From positions 6,075 through 70,074 of IMG/VR virus record IMGVR_UViG_3300009481_000012: a DNA stretch of 64,000 nt; one strand, 5' to 3'. Made by a program: the position numbers and the translations under genes. Numbering within the stretch: the first letter of the stretch is position 1; each line of letters begins with the position of its first letter. The stretch is from a virus. Positions 58,568 through 64,000 of this stretch are shown one piece after another. The notes under the pieces are model-generated. The model had not been told where the DNA came from and did no database searches. It saw nothing but the letters and a program-made list of their open reading frames with translations.

Positions 58568-59018
58568 ATCTAATAATCACTCCTATATTAACAACTCCAA
58601 AGGGTTCATACAATCCTTCATCGGTTTCTACTGAATCAACTCTAGCATCCACTATTTGAAAAGTATCATTATTAGCTTCTATTGCCATAGTGTTAATAAC
58701 AAACTCAATGTCATCAACTAAATCTTCTGCTGTATCTAAAGAGTTTTCTGATTTTACATATCCACGAATCTGAAGTCCCATTGTACCAAAACGCACTCCA
58801 GCACCTATTTCTAATCTATCTTCTGTCCCTGCTGATACACACAAAGTAGGAAAGTCATTGATTTCATTTAAAAACTTTAACCGCCTAAAAACATTATTAA
58901 ATACGTTTGTTTTATATTCGTAACCACTACGTGTTGGTGCTTTACGAGAATCGGTATTCCCATTAATTCTTTTAAGCTCTGTAACTACAAAGTCTATTAT
59001 TTGAGTTCTTCTACTCAT
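58545..59018 (-). CDS. Second tail-terminator-like protein (paralog of 38333..38785)
   Basis: SRRTQI, NNVFRRLKFLNEINDFP, TDEGLYEPFG. Confidence 0.8.
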   Translation of the reverse strand: MSRRTQIIDFVVTELKRINGNTDSRKAPTRSGYEYKTNVFNNVFRRLKFLNEINDFPTLCVSAGTEDRLEIGAGVRFGTMGLQIRGYVKSENSLDTAEDLVDDIEFVINTMAIEANNDTFQIVDARVDSVETDEGLYEPFGVVNIGVIIRYEQAETV

Positions 59019-59460
59019 TCTCGTACACCTTTTTTATAAACTCATCTACAGATAAGTCTGATTCTTTAATTTTTCGCACCATGTGTGTATGTAACACACT
59101 TCTAAAACGCATTGGAAGGGGAGAGCGATTCAAAATCCACTTAAATAAAAATTTTTTCGATTGCTCATCCGTGCAACCTAAATGATTGTCTTGTAACCAT
59201 TGTTGATAACATTGCCACTTAGGAATAGAAAAACCAACAAATTCATTATATTCTAGATCTTCTTTTTTTGGCGTCCAATGTGGATGAAAAGGTGTTCCTA
59301 AATCTAAACACTCAAATCCGTTCGGGTCTACCGGAACTCCTTGATCGTTATATCCTACAGGAGGGTCTCCTGGCCAATAATAATTTACATTCTCGTCTTC
59401 TTCAAAATAGTCTGTAGCGTATACTAAAGGACCATATTTAATATATTCTTTTTGGCTCAT
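59011..59460 (-). CDS. Hypothetical protein
   Basis: 149-aa ORF, GGAGAGG RBS. Confidence 0.75.
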   Translation of the reverse strand: MSQKEYIKYGPLVYATDYFEEDENVNYYWPGDPPVGYNDQGVPVDPNGFECLDLGTPFHPHWTPKKEDLEYNEFVGFSIPKWQCYQQWLQDNHLGCTDEQSKKFLFKWILNRSPLPMRFRSVLHTHMVRKIKESDLSVDEFIKKVYENE

Positions 59461-59881
59461 TTATATAGTTTTCCTCTCCATCAAAATCAGAAGGTGTTTC
59501 CACTAATATATTATCAGTATTATCATATAAATTATCTGCTATTTTAATAAAAGTTTCTAAAGACTCTATACTTTGACTTTTTACAATTCTTTTATCTAAT
59601 CTTTTTACTTTATAATTAGGGTGCATATCTGTCCACTTATCAAATTTTTGTATGTCTTGAGGAAAAGTAAAAGTAAAAACCTCCCCAACCTCAGAAGTAA
59701 CTTCTAATTTTTTAGTGTATCCTGCAACTAGCATTTGTAATGTAGGCTCTTCAAGTTGTAGATACTTTATTTTACTGGTTGCTTTTACTCTCATATAAAT
59801 ATCATGCCTAATATGAGCACCATGAAAATCAATAATCTTTTTTACACTTAGTAGCTCGTAATTTTCTGTTTCGTGAATCAT
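59438..59881 (-). CDS. Hypothetical protein, first gene of the leftward block
   Basis: ORF; ATG at 59881 chosen because ATG at 59896 falls inside the promoter spacer. Confidence 0.65.
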   Translation of the reverse strand: MIHETENYELLSVKKIIDFHGAHIRHDIYMRVKATSKIKYLQLEEPTLQMLVAGYTKKLEVTSEVGEVFTFTFPQDIQKFDKWTDMHPNYKVKRLDKRIVKSQSIESLETFIKIADNLYDNTDNILVETPSDFDGEENYINEPKRIY

Positions 59882-59886
59882 AGGTA

Positions 59887-59915
59887 ATGGTAACATTACA
59901 AGATTATCTTGTCAA
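59887..59915 (-). promoter_or_regulatory. Promoter at the head of the leftward block
   Basis: TTGACA-17 nt-TACCAT with extended TG. Confidence 0.6.
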
Positions 59916-60012
59916 GTTTTCTCTTGCAGATTTTCAAAAAATCCCGTCTCGAGGCCGGGGGCAGGTAGCCAGCGCGGGCGGTAGGGGTCAAGTCCTACTA
60001 ACCGCCCCTTAT

Positions 60013-60633
60013 TTAATGCACGGTCTCGAACCAGCTGGCGATCACGTCAGGATTGGCGCGGAAGCTCGTGCCTTTGCTTCGCAACTCGATCCGCACTTGA
60101 CCGTTGCGGATGCTATCAATGAAACGGCTAGGGACAATCTTCCGGCAGACTGTCAAGGCGTCGAAGGTTACTTGATCGCCTTGCTTGGTTGCCTTGACCA
60201 TTGCTAGGTTAGGCATCTTCTCGGCAATGCGAGAGATCAGCGTGGCCTTGTCCCATGCAACCAAGCGATCACCGTTATGCTCGACAACAAACTGATCGCC
60301 TTGTTCGGTCAGGCCGTCACCGACACGGACGGTTGACTTGCCACGCTTGGCTTTGATCTCGGCAGGCTTCAAGCTAGGGAAGCAAGCACCGTCGATGCAA
60401 CGAATCATTTCACCCTTGCAGGAAAAGATTGTTAGCTCGCCCGTCCGATAATGCACCTTTGCCTCGGTTGCAATCTCGGCAAAGTCGGCACCCTTTTGGT
60501 TGCCAACAATGCCACCGACCATGAGGGCCTCAAACAATTCTCCGACGGCCCCTGCTGATTTTCTGGTAACGGCGTGGGGCTGGCTGGCTACTTGGGCGAA
60601 GCGGTTGTTTAAATCTTCAAAGCTGTTTAACAT
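60013..60633 (-). CDS. MvaI/BcnI-like (MutH-related) PD-(D/E)xK endonuclease
   Basis: GAVGELFEALM...NQKGADF...EAK...LTIFS; C-terminal GTSFR. Confidence 0.7.
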   Translation of the reverse strand: MLNSFEDLNNRFAQVASQPHAVTRKSAGAVGELFEALMVGGIVGNQKGADFAEIATEAKVHYRTGELTIFSCKGEMIRCIDGACFPSLKPAEIKAKRGKSTVRVGDGLTEQGDQFVVEHNGDRLVAWDKATLISRIAEKMPNLAMVKATKQGDQVTFDALTVCRKIVPSRFIDSIRNGQVRIELRSKGTSFRANPDVIASWFETVH

Positions 60634-60660
60634 CTGAATAACTCCCTAATTGATGATCTA

Positions 60661-60689
60661 AATATACTCTATCCCGTCATGGATTGCAA
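60661..60689 (-). promoter_or_regulatory. Sigma70 promoter for the endonuclease
   Basis: TTGCAA-17 nt-TATATT with A-rich UP element. Confidence 0.75.
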
Positions 60690-60738
60690 CCCCTAATTTG
60701 CATTTTTTTACGTTTTTTTGCACTAAATAACCCTTTAA

Positions 60739-60751
60739 TATCAATGACTTA
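60739..60751 (+). promoter_or_regulatory. IHF consensus site
   Basis: TATCAATGACTTA = WATCAANNNNTTR. Confidence 0.7.
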
Positions 60752-60829
60752 GGGCGCCCCCGGGCGTGACATTTATGCAACACTTTTGGGGTAAAATAGA
60801 AAAAAATGCGATTTAATGCGAATTAACTG

Positions 60830-60858
60830 TTTACATTAGCGGCGACATGGGCTATACT
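60830..60858 (+). promoter_or_regulatory. Sigma70 promoter (divergent from the endonuclease promoter)
   Basis: TTTACA-17 nt-TATACT, A-tract UP element. Confidence 0.8.
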
Positions 60859-60885
60859 CTCTACATGATCAAGAAAGGAAACATC

Positions 60886-61095
60886 ATGAAAAAGACAGTT
60901 ACCACTAACACCTTCGCTGGACCTATCGCTACTACTTTCGAATTGGTTAAGCATAACGTTGGGAACCCAAGCGAATACTGGGCCATCCTATTCGTTGAAA
61001 AAGAAGGGCAATCCCTTCAAAATAAATGGGGCGGATTCACCGTCCGAAACACTGGTAAGCCAGCGTATATGAAAAAAATCTGGAAGGAGCTATAA
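60886..61095 (+). CDS. Pre-early-type hypothetical protein
   Basis: AAAGGA RBS before MKKTVTT. Confidence 0.7.
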   Translation: MKKTVTTNTFAGPIATTFELVKHNVGNPSEYWAILFVEKEGQSLQNKWGGFTVRNTGKPAYMKKIWKEL

Positions 61096-61097
61096 AA

Positions 61098-61307
61098 ATG
61101 GCTTTCAAAAATAAAGCACTCGAAAATGCCATCAAGCAAATTGAGGCGCTCAATACTCCTGAAGCGATCATGGCTCGGCACAACGAGCTAATGATTGCAC
61201 GTTCTAAGGAAATGAACGCCAGCCCTCGCGGTCGTCACTTCATCGCGAAATATGGTGATCCAATTGAGCAATTAAATAAATTGCCAAAACGCGATTTTTT
61301 TGCCTAG
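61098..61307 (+). CDS. Pre-early-type hypothetical protein
   Basis: AAGGAG RBS. Confidence 0.75.
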   Translation: MAFKNKALENAIKQIEALNTPEAIMARHNELMIARSKEMNASPRGRHFIAKYGDPIEQLNKLPKRDFFA

Positions 61308-61313
61308 CGGGGG

Positions 61314-61344
61314 TTGACATTCGGTCCCACAATCCCCATATTAT
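61314..61344 (+). promoter_or_regulatory. Sigma70 promoter
   Basis: GGGG-TTGACA-17 nt-CATATT. Confidence 0.7.
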
Positions 61345-61376
61345 ATATATCGAAACAGTAACAAGGAATTAAAATT

Positions 61377-61532
61377 ATGATGACACGTAAACACTTTCAA
61401 ATTATCGCAGACGCTCTTTTAGAAGCTAACGCAACTATTGAGCAGGTTAAAATCATGGCCAAGGAATTGGCTTCAACTAACCCTCGTTTCGATAAAGATC
61501 GTTTCATTCTTGCCGCTATGAATTGGGAATAG
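61377..61532 (+). CDS. 51-aa protein of the phage NPRFD..RF family (not in ORF track)
   Basis: MMTRKHFQIIADALLEANATIEQVKIMAKELASTNPRFDKDRFILAAMNWE; AAGGA RBS. Confidence 0.8.
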   Translation: MMTRKHFQIIADALLEANATIEQVKIMAKELASTNPRFDKDRFILAAMNWE

Positions 61533-61536
61533 GGGG

Positions 61537-61565
61537 TTGACACCCTCACCCTTTTCTGGCATAAT
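61537..61565 (+). promoter_or_regulatory. Sigma70 promoter
   Basis: GGGG-TTGACA-17 nt-CATAAT with extended TG. Confidence 0.8.
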
Positions 61566-61599
61566 CTAACCATTGAAACAGCAACAAGGAATTAAACAA

Positions 61600-61779
61600 A
61601 TGTCAAATTCATATTACGCAATGCAAGACGCTAAAATGGCCGCCGCTCTTGATGGCTTAAATTGGGGCCGCATGGGTTCCGCTAAACAAGACAAATATAT
61701 TGCCGCTGAAATGGTCAAGCGTGGATATGTCAAACAATCATACATGGGTGCAGGCTCATGGAAATGGGGGAAAAAATAA
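61600..61779 (+). CDS. Hypothetical 59-aa protein
   Basis: AAGGA RBS before MSNSYYAMQ. Confidence 0.7.
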   Translation: MSNSYYAMQDAKMAAALDGLNWGRMGSAKQDKYIAAEMVKRGYVKQSYMGAGSWKWGKK

Positions 61780-61937
61780 TGGGAACGAATGAAGCCAGCC
61801 GCAACATGACACGCGAACAGCTACAGCGTGTCGATGCGACAATGTATCACTGGAAACAGGCCAACCCCAACGCCATGCATGGCGAATGGGAACGGGCTTG
61901 GGTTGCAACCGCTCAACAAATGGGATTCGTCAAATGA
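61779..61937 (+). CDS. Hypothetical 52-aa protein (not in ORF track)
   Basis: MGTNEASRNMTREQLQ...QQMGFVK; TAATG and ATGA couplings. Confidence 0.65.
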   Translation: MGTNEASRNMTREQLQRVDATMYHWKQANPNAMHGEWERAWVATAQQMGFVK

Positions 61938-62107
61938 AAAAACTAGCTAAAGTTAATGGACACCTTGCAATTTTATGTTTGGTGCTGGCAGGCATATCGT
62001 TCGCCGTCAATGGGGATAACTGGATTTGGACGCACTATGTCGGCGTGTTCGGTGCGGTAGTCTGTGCTGTGGGTTGCTATGCGGCTTGGTTAGCAGAGGA
62101 CTGCTAA
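61934..62107 (+). CDS. Small two-TM membrane protein
   Basis: MKKLAKVNGHLAILCLVLAG...; ATGA overlap. Confidence 0.65.
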   Translation: MKKLAKVNGHLAILCLVLAGISFAVNGDNWIWTHYVGVFGAVVCAVGCYAAWLAEDC

Positions 62108-62171
62108 CCTCTTGATTTTAAAGGGAAAATCGGCCCCGGGGCGCGATTTTGTCAATGATATCAATGACTTA
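62105..62171. repeat. Inverted IHF pair flanking a GC-rich palindrome
   Basis: TAACCTCTTGATT (62105-17, minus IHF), AAAATCG-GCCCCGGGGC-G-CGATTTT (62126-50), TATCAATGACTTA (62159-71). Confidence 0.8.
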
Positions 62172-62194
62172 GCTTATATGACGCGCCAGCTGGA

Positions 62195-62215
62195 TGCGAA
62201 TGATTCTCATTTGCA
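62195..62215. promoter_or_regulatory. Fur-box-like palindrome
   Basis: TGCGAATGATTCTCATTTGCA; 13/19 match to GATAATGATAATCATTATC. Confidence 0.45.
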
Positions 62216-62236
62216 ACACAACCCCGCTCGGCAGAG

Positions 62237-62251
62237 GAACAAAACGTGAAC
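62237..62251. promoter_or_regulatory. Alphaproteobacterial LexA (SOS) box
   Basis: GAAC-AAAACGT-GAAC = GAAC-N7-GAAC. Confidence 0.55.
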
Positions 62252-62324
62252 ATGAGTCATCCCGGGCGCGAAACATTGTTGCGCAAATCGACTAAACAAA
62301 ACAATAAAATGATGCAGAAAGTTA

Positions 62325-62353
62325 TTGACATTGGGGACAGGATGCACTATATT
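62325..62353 (+). promoter_or_regulatory. Sigma70 promoter
   Basis: TTGACA-17 nt-TATATT; near-duplicate of 62682-62710. Confidence 0.85.
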
Positions 62354-62363
62354 ATACATATAA

Positions 62364-62430
62364 ACAGAGAGATAGGCCTACTGGCGAACCGATGGGGTTC
62401 TAGATTTAACTGAATCGCCGCTCTCAGGAG
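62364..62430 (+). ncRNA. Candidate structured 5' leader, copy 1
   Basis: Long untranslated leader; shares ACAGAG, TACTGG-hairpin-TAG and ACTGAA with 63751-63822. Confidence 0.5.
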
Positions 62431-62439
62431 ACTAAAAAA

Positions 62440-62637
62440 ATGGAAAAGAATGTTTGGAAAATCGGAACCCCTTTTACTGATCACAACCAAATTCCTGCCC
62501 ATGTCGAGCAGGTAATTCTGGACAATGCAGACGCTCGATCTGCTTGGCAGATTCCACTGGATCAAATTAACGATTGGCTCTTTAACAATTGGGACGGCGA
62601 AGACTCCGATAACCCAGTTTGGTATGGTGTGGCTTAA
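62440..62637 (+). CDS. Hypothetical 65-aa protein
   Basis: AGGAG RBS. Confidence 0.75.
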   Translation: MEKNVWKIGTPFTDHNQIPAHVEQVILDNADARSAWQIPLDQINDWLFNNWDGEDSDNPVWYGVA

Positions 62638-62681
62638 ATGTCACACCCCCCAATAAATCGACATAAAAGGCAAATTAGCTA

Positions 62682-62710
62682 TTGACATTGGGGACGTAAA
62701 GCACTATATT
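62682..62710 (+). promoter_or_regulatory. Sigma70 promoter
   Basis: TTGACA-17 nt-TATATT. Confidence 0.85.
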
Positions 62711-62735
62711 AAGAGCATAACAAAGAGAGGTTGCT

Positions 62736-62912
62736 ATGACTAAAAAAGAAATCGAATACTATCAAATCAAGTGGAAAGAAGCCAACCAACAGGCACGCAA
62801 GCTGTGGGCGGTTTATAAGGAAAAGCCAACCAAGGCCAACCAAAAACTCGCAAGCCAAGCCTATGACAAAGCAGACGCTTTGATTGCCAAAATTGTAGGG
62901 GAGCCAGTATAA
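62736..62912 (+). CDS. Hypothetical 58-aa protein (not in ORF track)
   Basis: MTKKEIEYYQIKWKEANQQ...IVGEPV; GAGG RBS. Confidence 0.7.
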   Translation: MTKKEIEYYQIKWKEANQQARKLWAVYKEKPTKANQKLASQAYDKADALIAKIVGEPV

Positions 62913-63061
62913 TGCGACAAGGTATGCTGACATATCGCCAATGGGTCAATGATACCGACAAGGCCATTGACAAGTTTAAAATTGAAATGCAACGCTTGCA
63001 AGAGCGTTGGGATGAAATCGAGAAAAGAGAGAGGGAGCGAGTCGATGCAAGTGAAAACTAA
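62912..63061 (+). CDS. Hypothetical 49-aa protein (not in ORF track)
   Basis: MRQGMLTYRQWVNDTDKAI...DASEN; TAATG coupling, GGAG RBS. Confidence 0.65.
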   Translation: MRQGMLTYRQWVNDTDKAIDKFKIEMQRLQERWDEIEKRERERVDASEN

Positions 63062-63203
63062 AAGCGTAGCCAACTATATGGCAATTCGATATGAAGTAAA
63101 GTCGAGAAACGAAGACAACCTTGACAAAGCAGAAAAGCTGGCACTCAAAGCAATGAGCTGGTACGAAATCGCATCTGGAATGAAGGACGAAAATGATGAG
63201 TAA
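63045..63203 (+). CDS. Hypothetical 52-aa protein
   Basis: GGAG RBS before MQVKTKSVANY. Confidence 0.65.
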   Translation: MQVKTKSVANYMAIRYEVKSRNEDNLDKAEKLALKAMSWYEIASGMKDENDE

Positions 63204-63321
63204 TGAAATGAAAAACGCTTTGCGTGATATGGCAAAACACCCCTTCCGCACGTTCGGAGAATTTGTCGCACTGTTCGGAATGTTCTTTGTAGGTTTTCTA
63301 GCTTTGATTGCGTTTGCATAG
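63193..63321 (+). CDS. 42-aa membrane protein (not in ORF track)
   Basis: MMSNEMKNALRDMAKHPFRTFGEFVALFGMFFVGFLALIAFA; AAGGA RBS. Confidence 0.6.
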   Translation: MMSNEMKNALRDMAKHPFRTFGEFVALFGMFFVGFLALIAFA

Positions 63322-63419
63322 GGGTATAAAAATGATTGTCAGATCAAAAGTAAAAATCTCAACACTCAGCAATCGACGCAATTTTGCTTGCTTGGTTTGG
63401 AAGTCGAAAAACAAAGATA

Positions 63420-63693
63420 AATCAAAGGGTTAGAGGGCCCCGGGGGACAGCCCGGGGCTGACCGCGCCAGTAGTAAGTGTAAAAATTAGCGCCAGTAGTA
63501 AGTGTAAAATTTAAGTATGAAATTTAAGTAGTAAATATGAGTTGACCCGGGGGCGGCTAAGTCCTTGATTTTAAAGGGTTTTATGTGTGAAAAAAATGCA
63601 AAAAAGTGAAAAAAAATGAAATTTAAGTAGTTGATTTTAAAAGATAAATTCATGGTCAAAAACGCCGATTCGGTCTTTAATATCAATGACTTA
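63420..63693. repeat. Non-coding island: four IHF sites, three CCCGGG cores and a 21-bp direct repeat
   Basis: IHF matches at 63420(+), 63558(-), 63624(-), 63681(+); GCGCCAGTAGTAAGTGTAAAA at 63464 and 63489. Confidence 0.8.
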
Positions 63694-63706
63694 CAGCCAC
63701 ACCGAT

Positions 63707-63735
63707 TTGACTTATGGAGAGTTTTAGTATAGAAT
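63707..63735 (+). promoter_or_regulatory. Sigma70 promoter
   Basis: TTGACT-17 nt-TAGAAT. Confidence 0.8.
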
Positions 63736-63750
63736 ACACATATTAAATCA

Positions 63751-63822
63751 ACAGAGCGACTTTACTGGAGCCGTCAAACGGCTAGGGTAAAAACCACTGA
63801 AAAGGTCGCTCACTTTTAGGAG
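63751..63822 (+). ncRNA. Candidate structured 5' leader, copy 2
   Basis: GAGCGAC/GTCGCTC closing stem, GCCGT-CAA-ACGGC and GGT-AAAA-ACC hairpins, then AGGAG. Confidence 0.55.
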
Positions 63823-63830
63823 TTTAAAAT

Positions 63831-64000
63831 ATGGCTAAAATTGAAAACACCATTCGTCAGATCACCGCTTCCGATGTTCAGTTTCTAACTGAAAATGAGT
63901 GCCGAGATGTAATAGGTGTTCTTGCTATCAAGCAAGAGACTATAAGTGGGCGAGAGGTTGATATTCTACAGGCTTGCGAGGATCGTGTGTTCGATGTAGA
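63831..64000 (+). CDS. Hypothetical protein (3' truncated)
   Basis: AGGAG RBS; MAKIENTIRQITASDVQF... open to the window end. Confidence 0.7.
   Translation, partial: MAKIENTIRQITASDVQFLTENECRDVIGVLAIKQETISGREVDILQACEDRVFDV

Noticed and set aside
11853-58634. Numerous + strand ORFs in the late block (e.g. 14968, 17140, 31510, 39160, 50103, 52170, 57824)
   Set aside because: Antisense shadows of well-supported minus-strand genes, with no RBS or recognisable motifs; 57824 overlaps the Cys-rich micro-ORFs.
59887-60207. 106-aa + strand ORF
   Set aside because: Antisense to the endonuclease and spans a promoter; no RBS.
60812-60827. CtrA-like box TTTA-N7-TTAAC
   Set aside because: One mismatch in an AT-rich tract; too likely by chance.
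63464-63509. 21-bp direct repeats as a CRISPR array
   Set aside because: Only two copies with a 4-bp gap; no spacers or cas genes.
62347-63686. Minus-strand ORFs in the pre-early-like region
   Set aside because: Opposite to promoter- and RBS-supported + strand micro-ORFs, or within the repeat island.
63751-63822. Leader as a c-di-GMP or glutamine riboswitch, or a hammerhead
   Set aside because: I could not match the core motifs of those families by eye.
1-64000. tRNA or rRNA genes, integrase, transposase
   Set aside because: None recognised by eye; a tRNA scan was not run.

Overview
A 64-kb stretch of a lytic T5-like (Demerecviridae-type) siphophage, probably marine and probably infecting an alphaproteobacterium (Usg-family gene, GAAC-N7-GAAC LexA-type box). 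There are three blocks. (1) 1-10.7 kb, + strand: nucleotide metabolism and replication genes (nrdB, phoH, D14-like resolvase, D15-like flap endonuclease, dut, thyX) mixed with small-molecule/glycan tailoring enzymes. (2) 10.7-59.9 kb, - strand: the late module, with T5-type terminases, portal, a single protease-capsid ORF, neck, tail tube and tape measure joined to a lambda-type M-L-K-I-J tail tip. It also holds fibres, many unannotated basic or Cys-rich micro-ORFs and scattered tailoring enzymes. (3) 59.9-64 kb: a compositionally distinct region resembling T5 pre-early/terminal-repeat DNA, with an MvaI/BcnI-like nuclease, strong sigma70 promoters and tiny ORFs. Top leads: a Hint (intein-like) domain with Lys at +1 at the N-terminus of the central tail protein J, beside duplicated ubiquitin-like I proteins and a stand-alone JAB protease; non-coding islands packed with host-regulator boxes (7 perfect IHF sites, LexA-, Fur- and RegA-like boxes) around CCCGGG palindromes; a repeated structured 5' leader RNA; and a metallothionein-like micropeptide pair. 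All family assignments come from motif recognition by eye; no searches were run.
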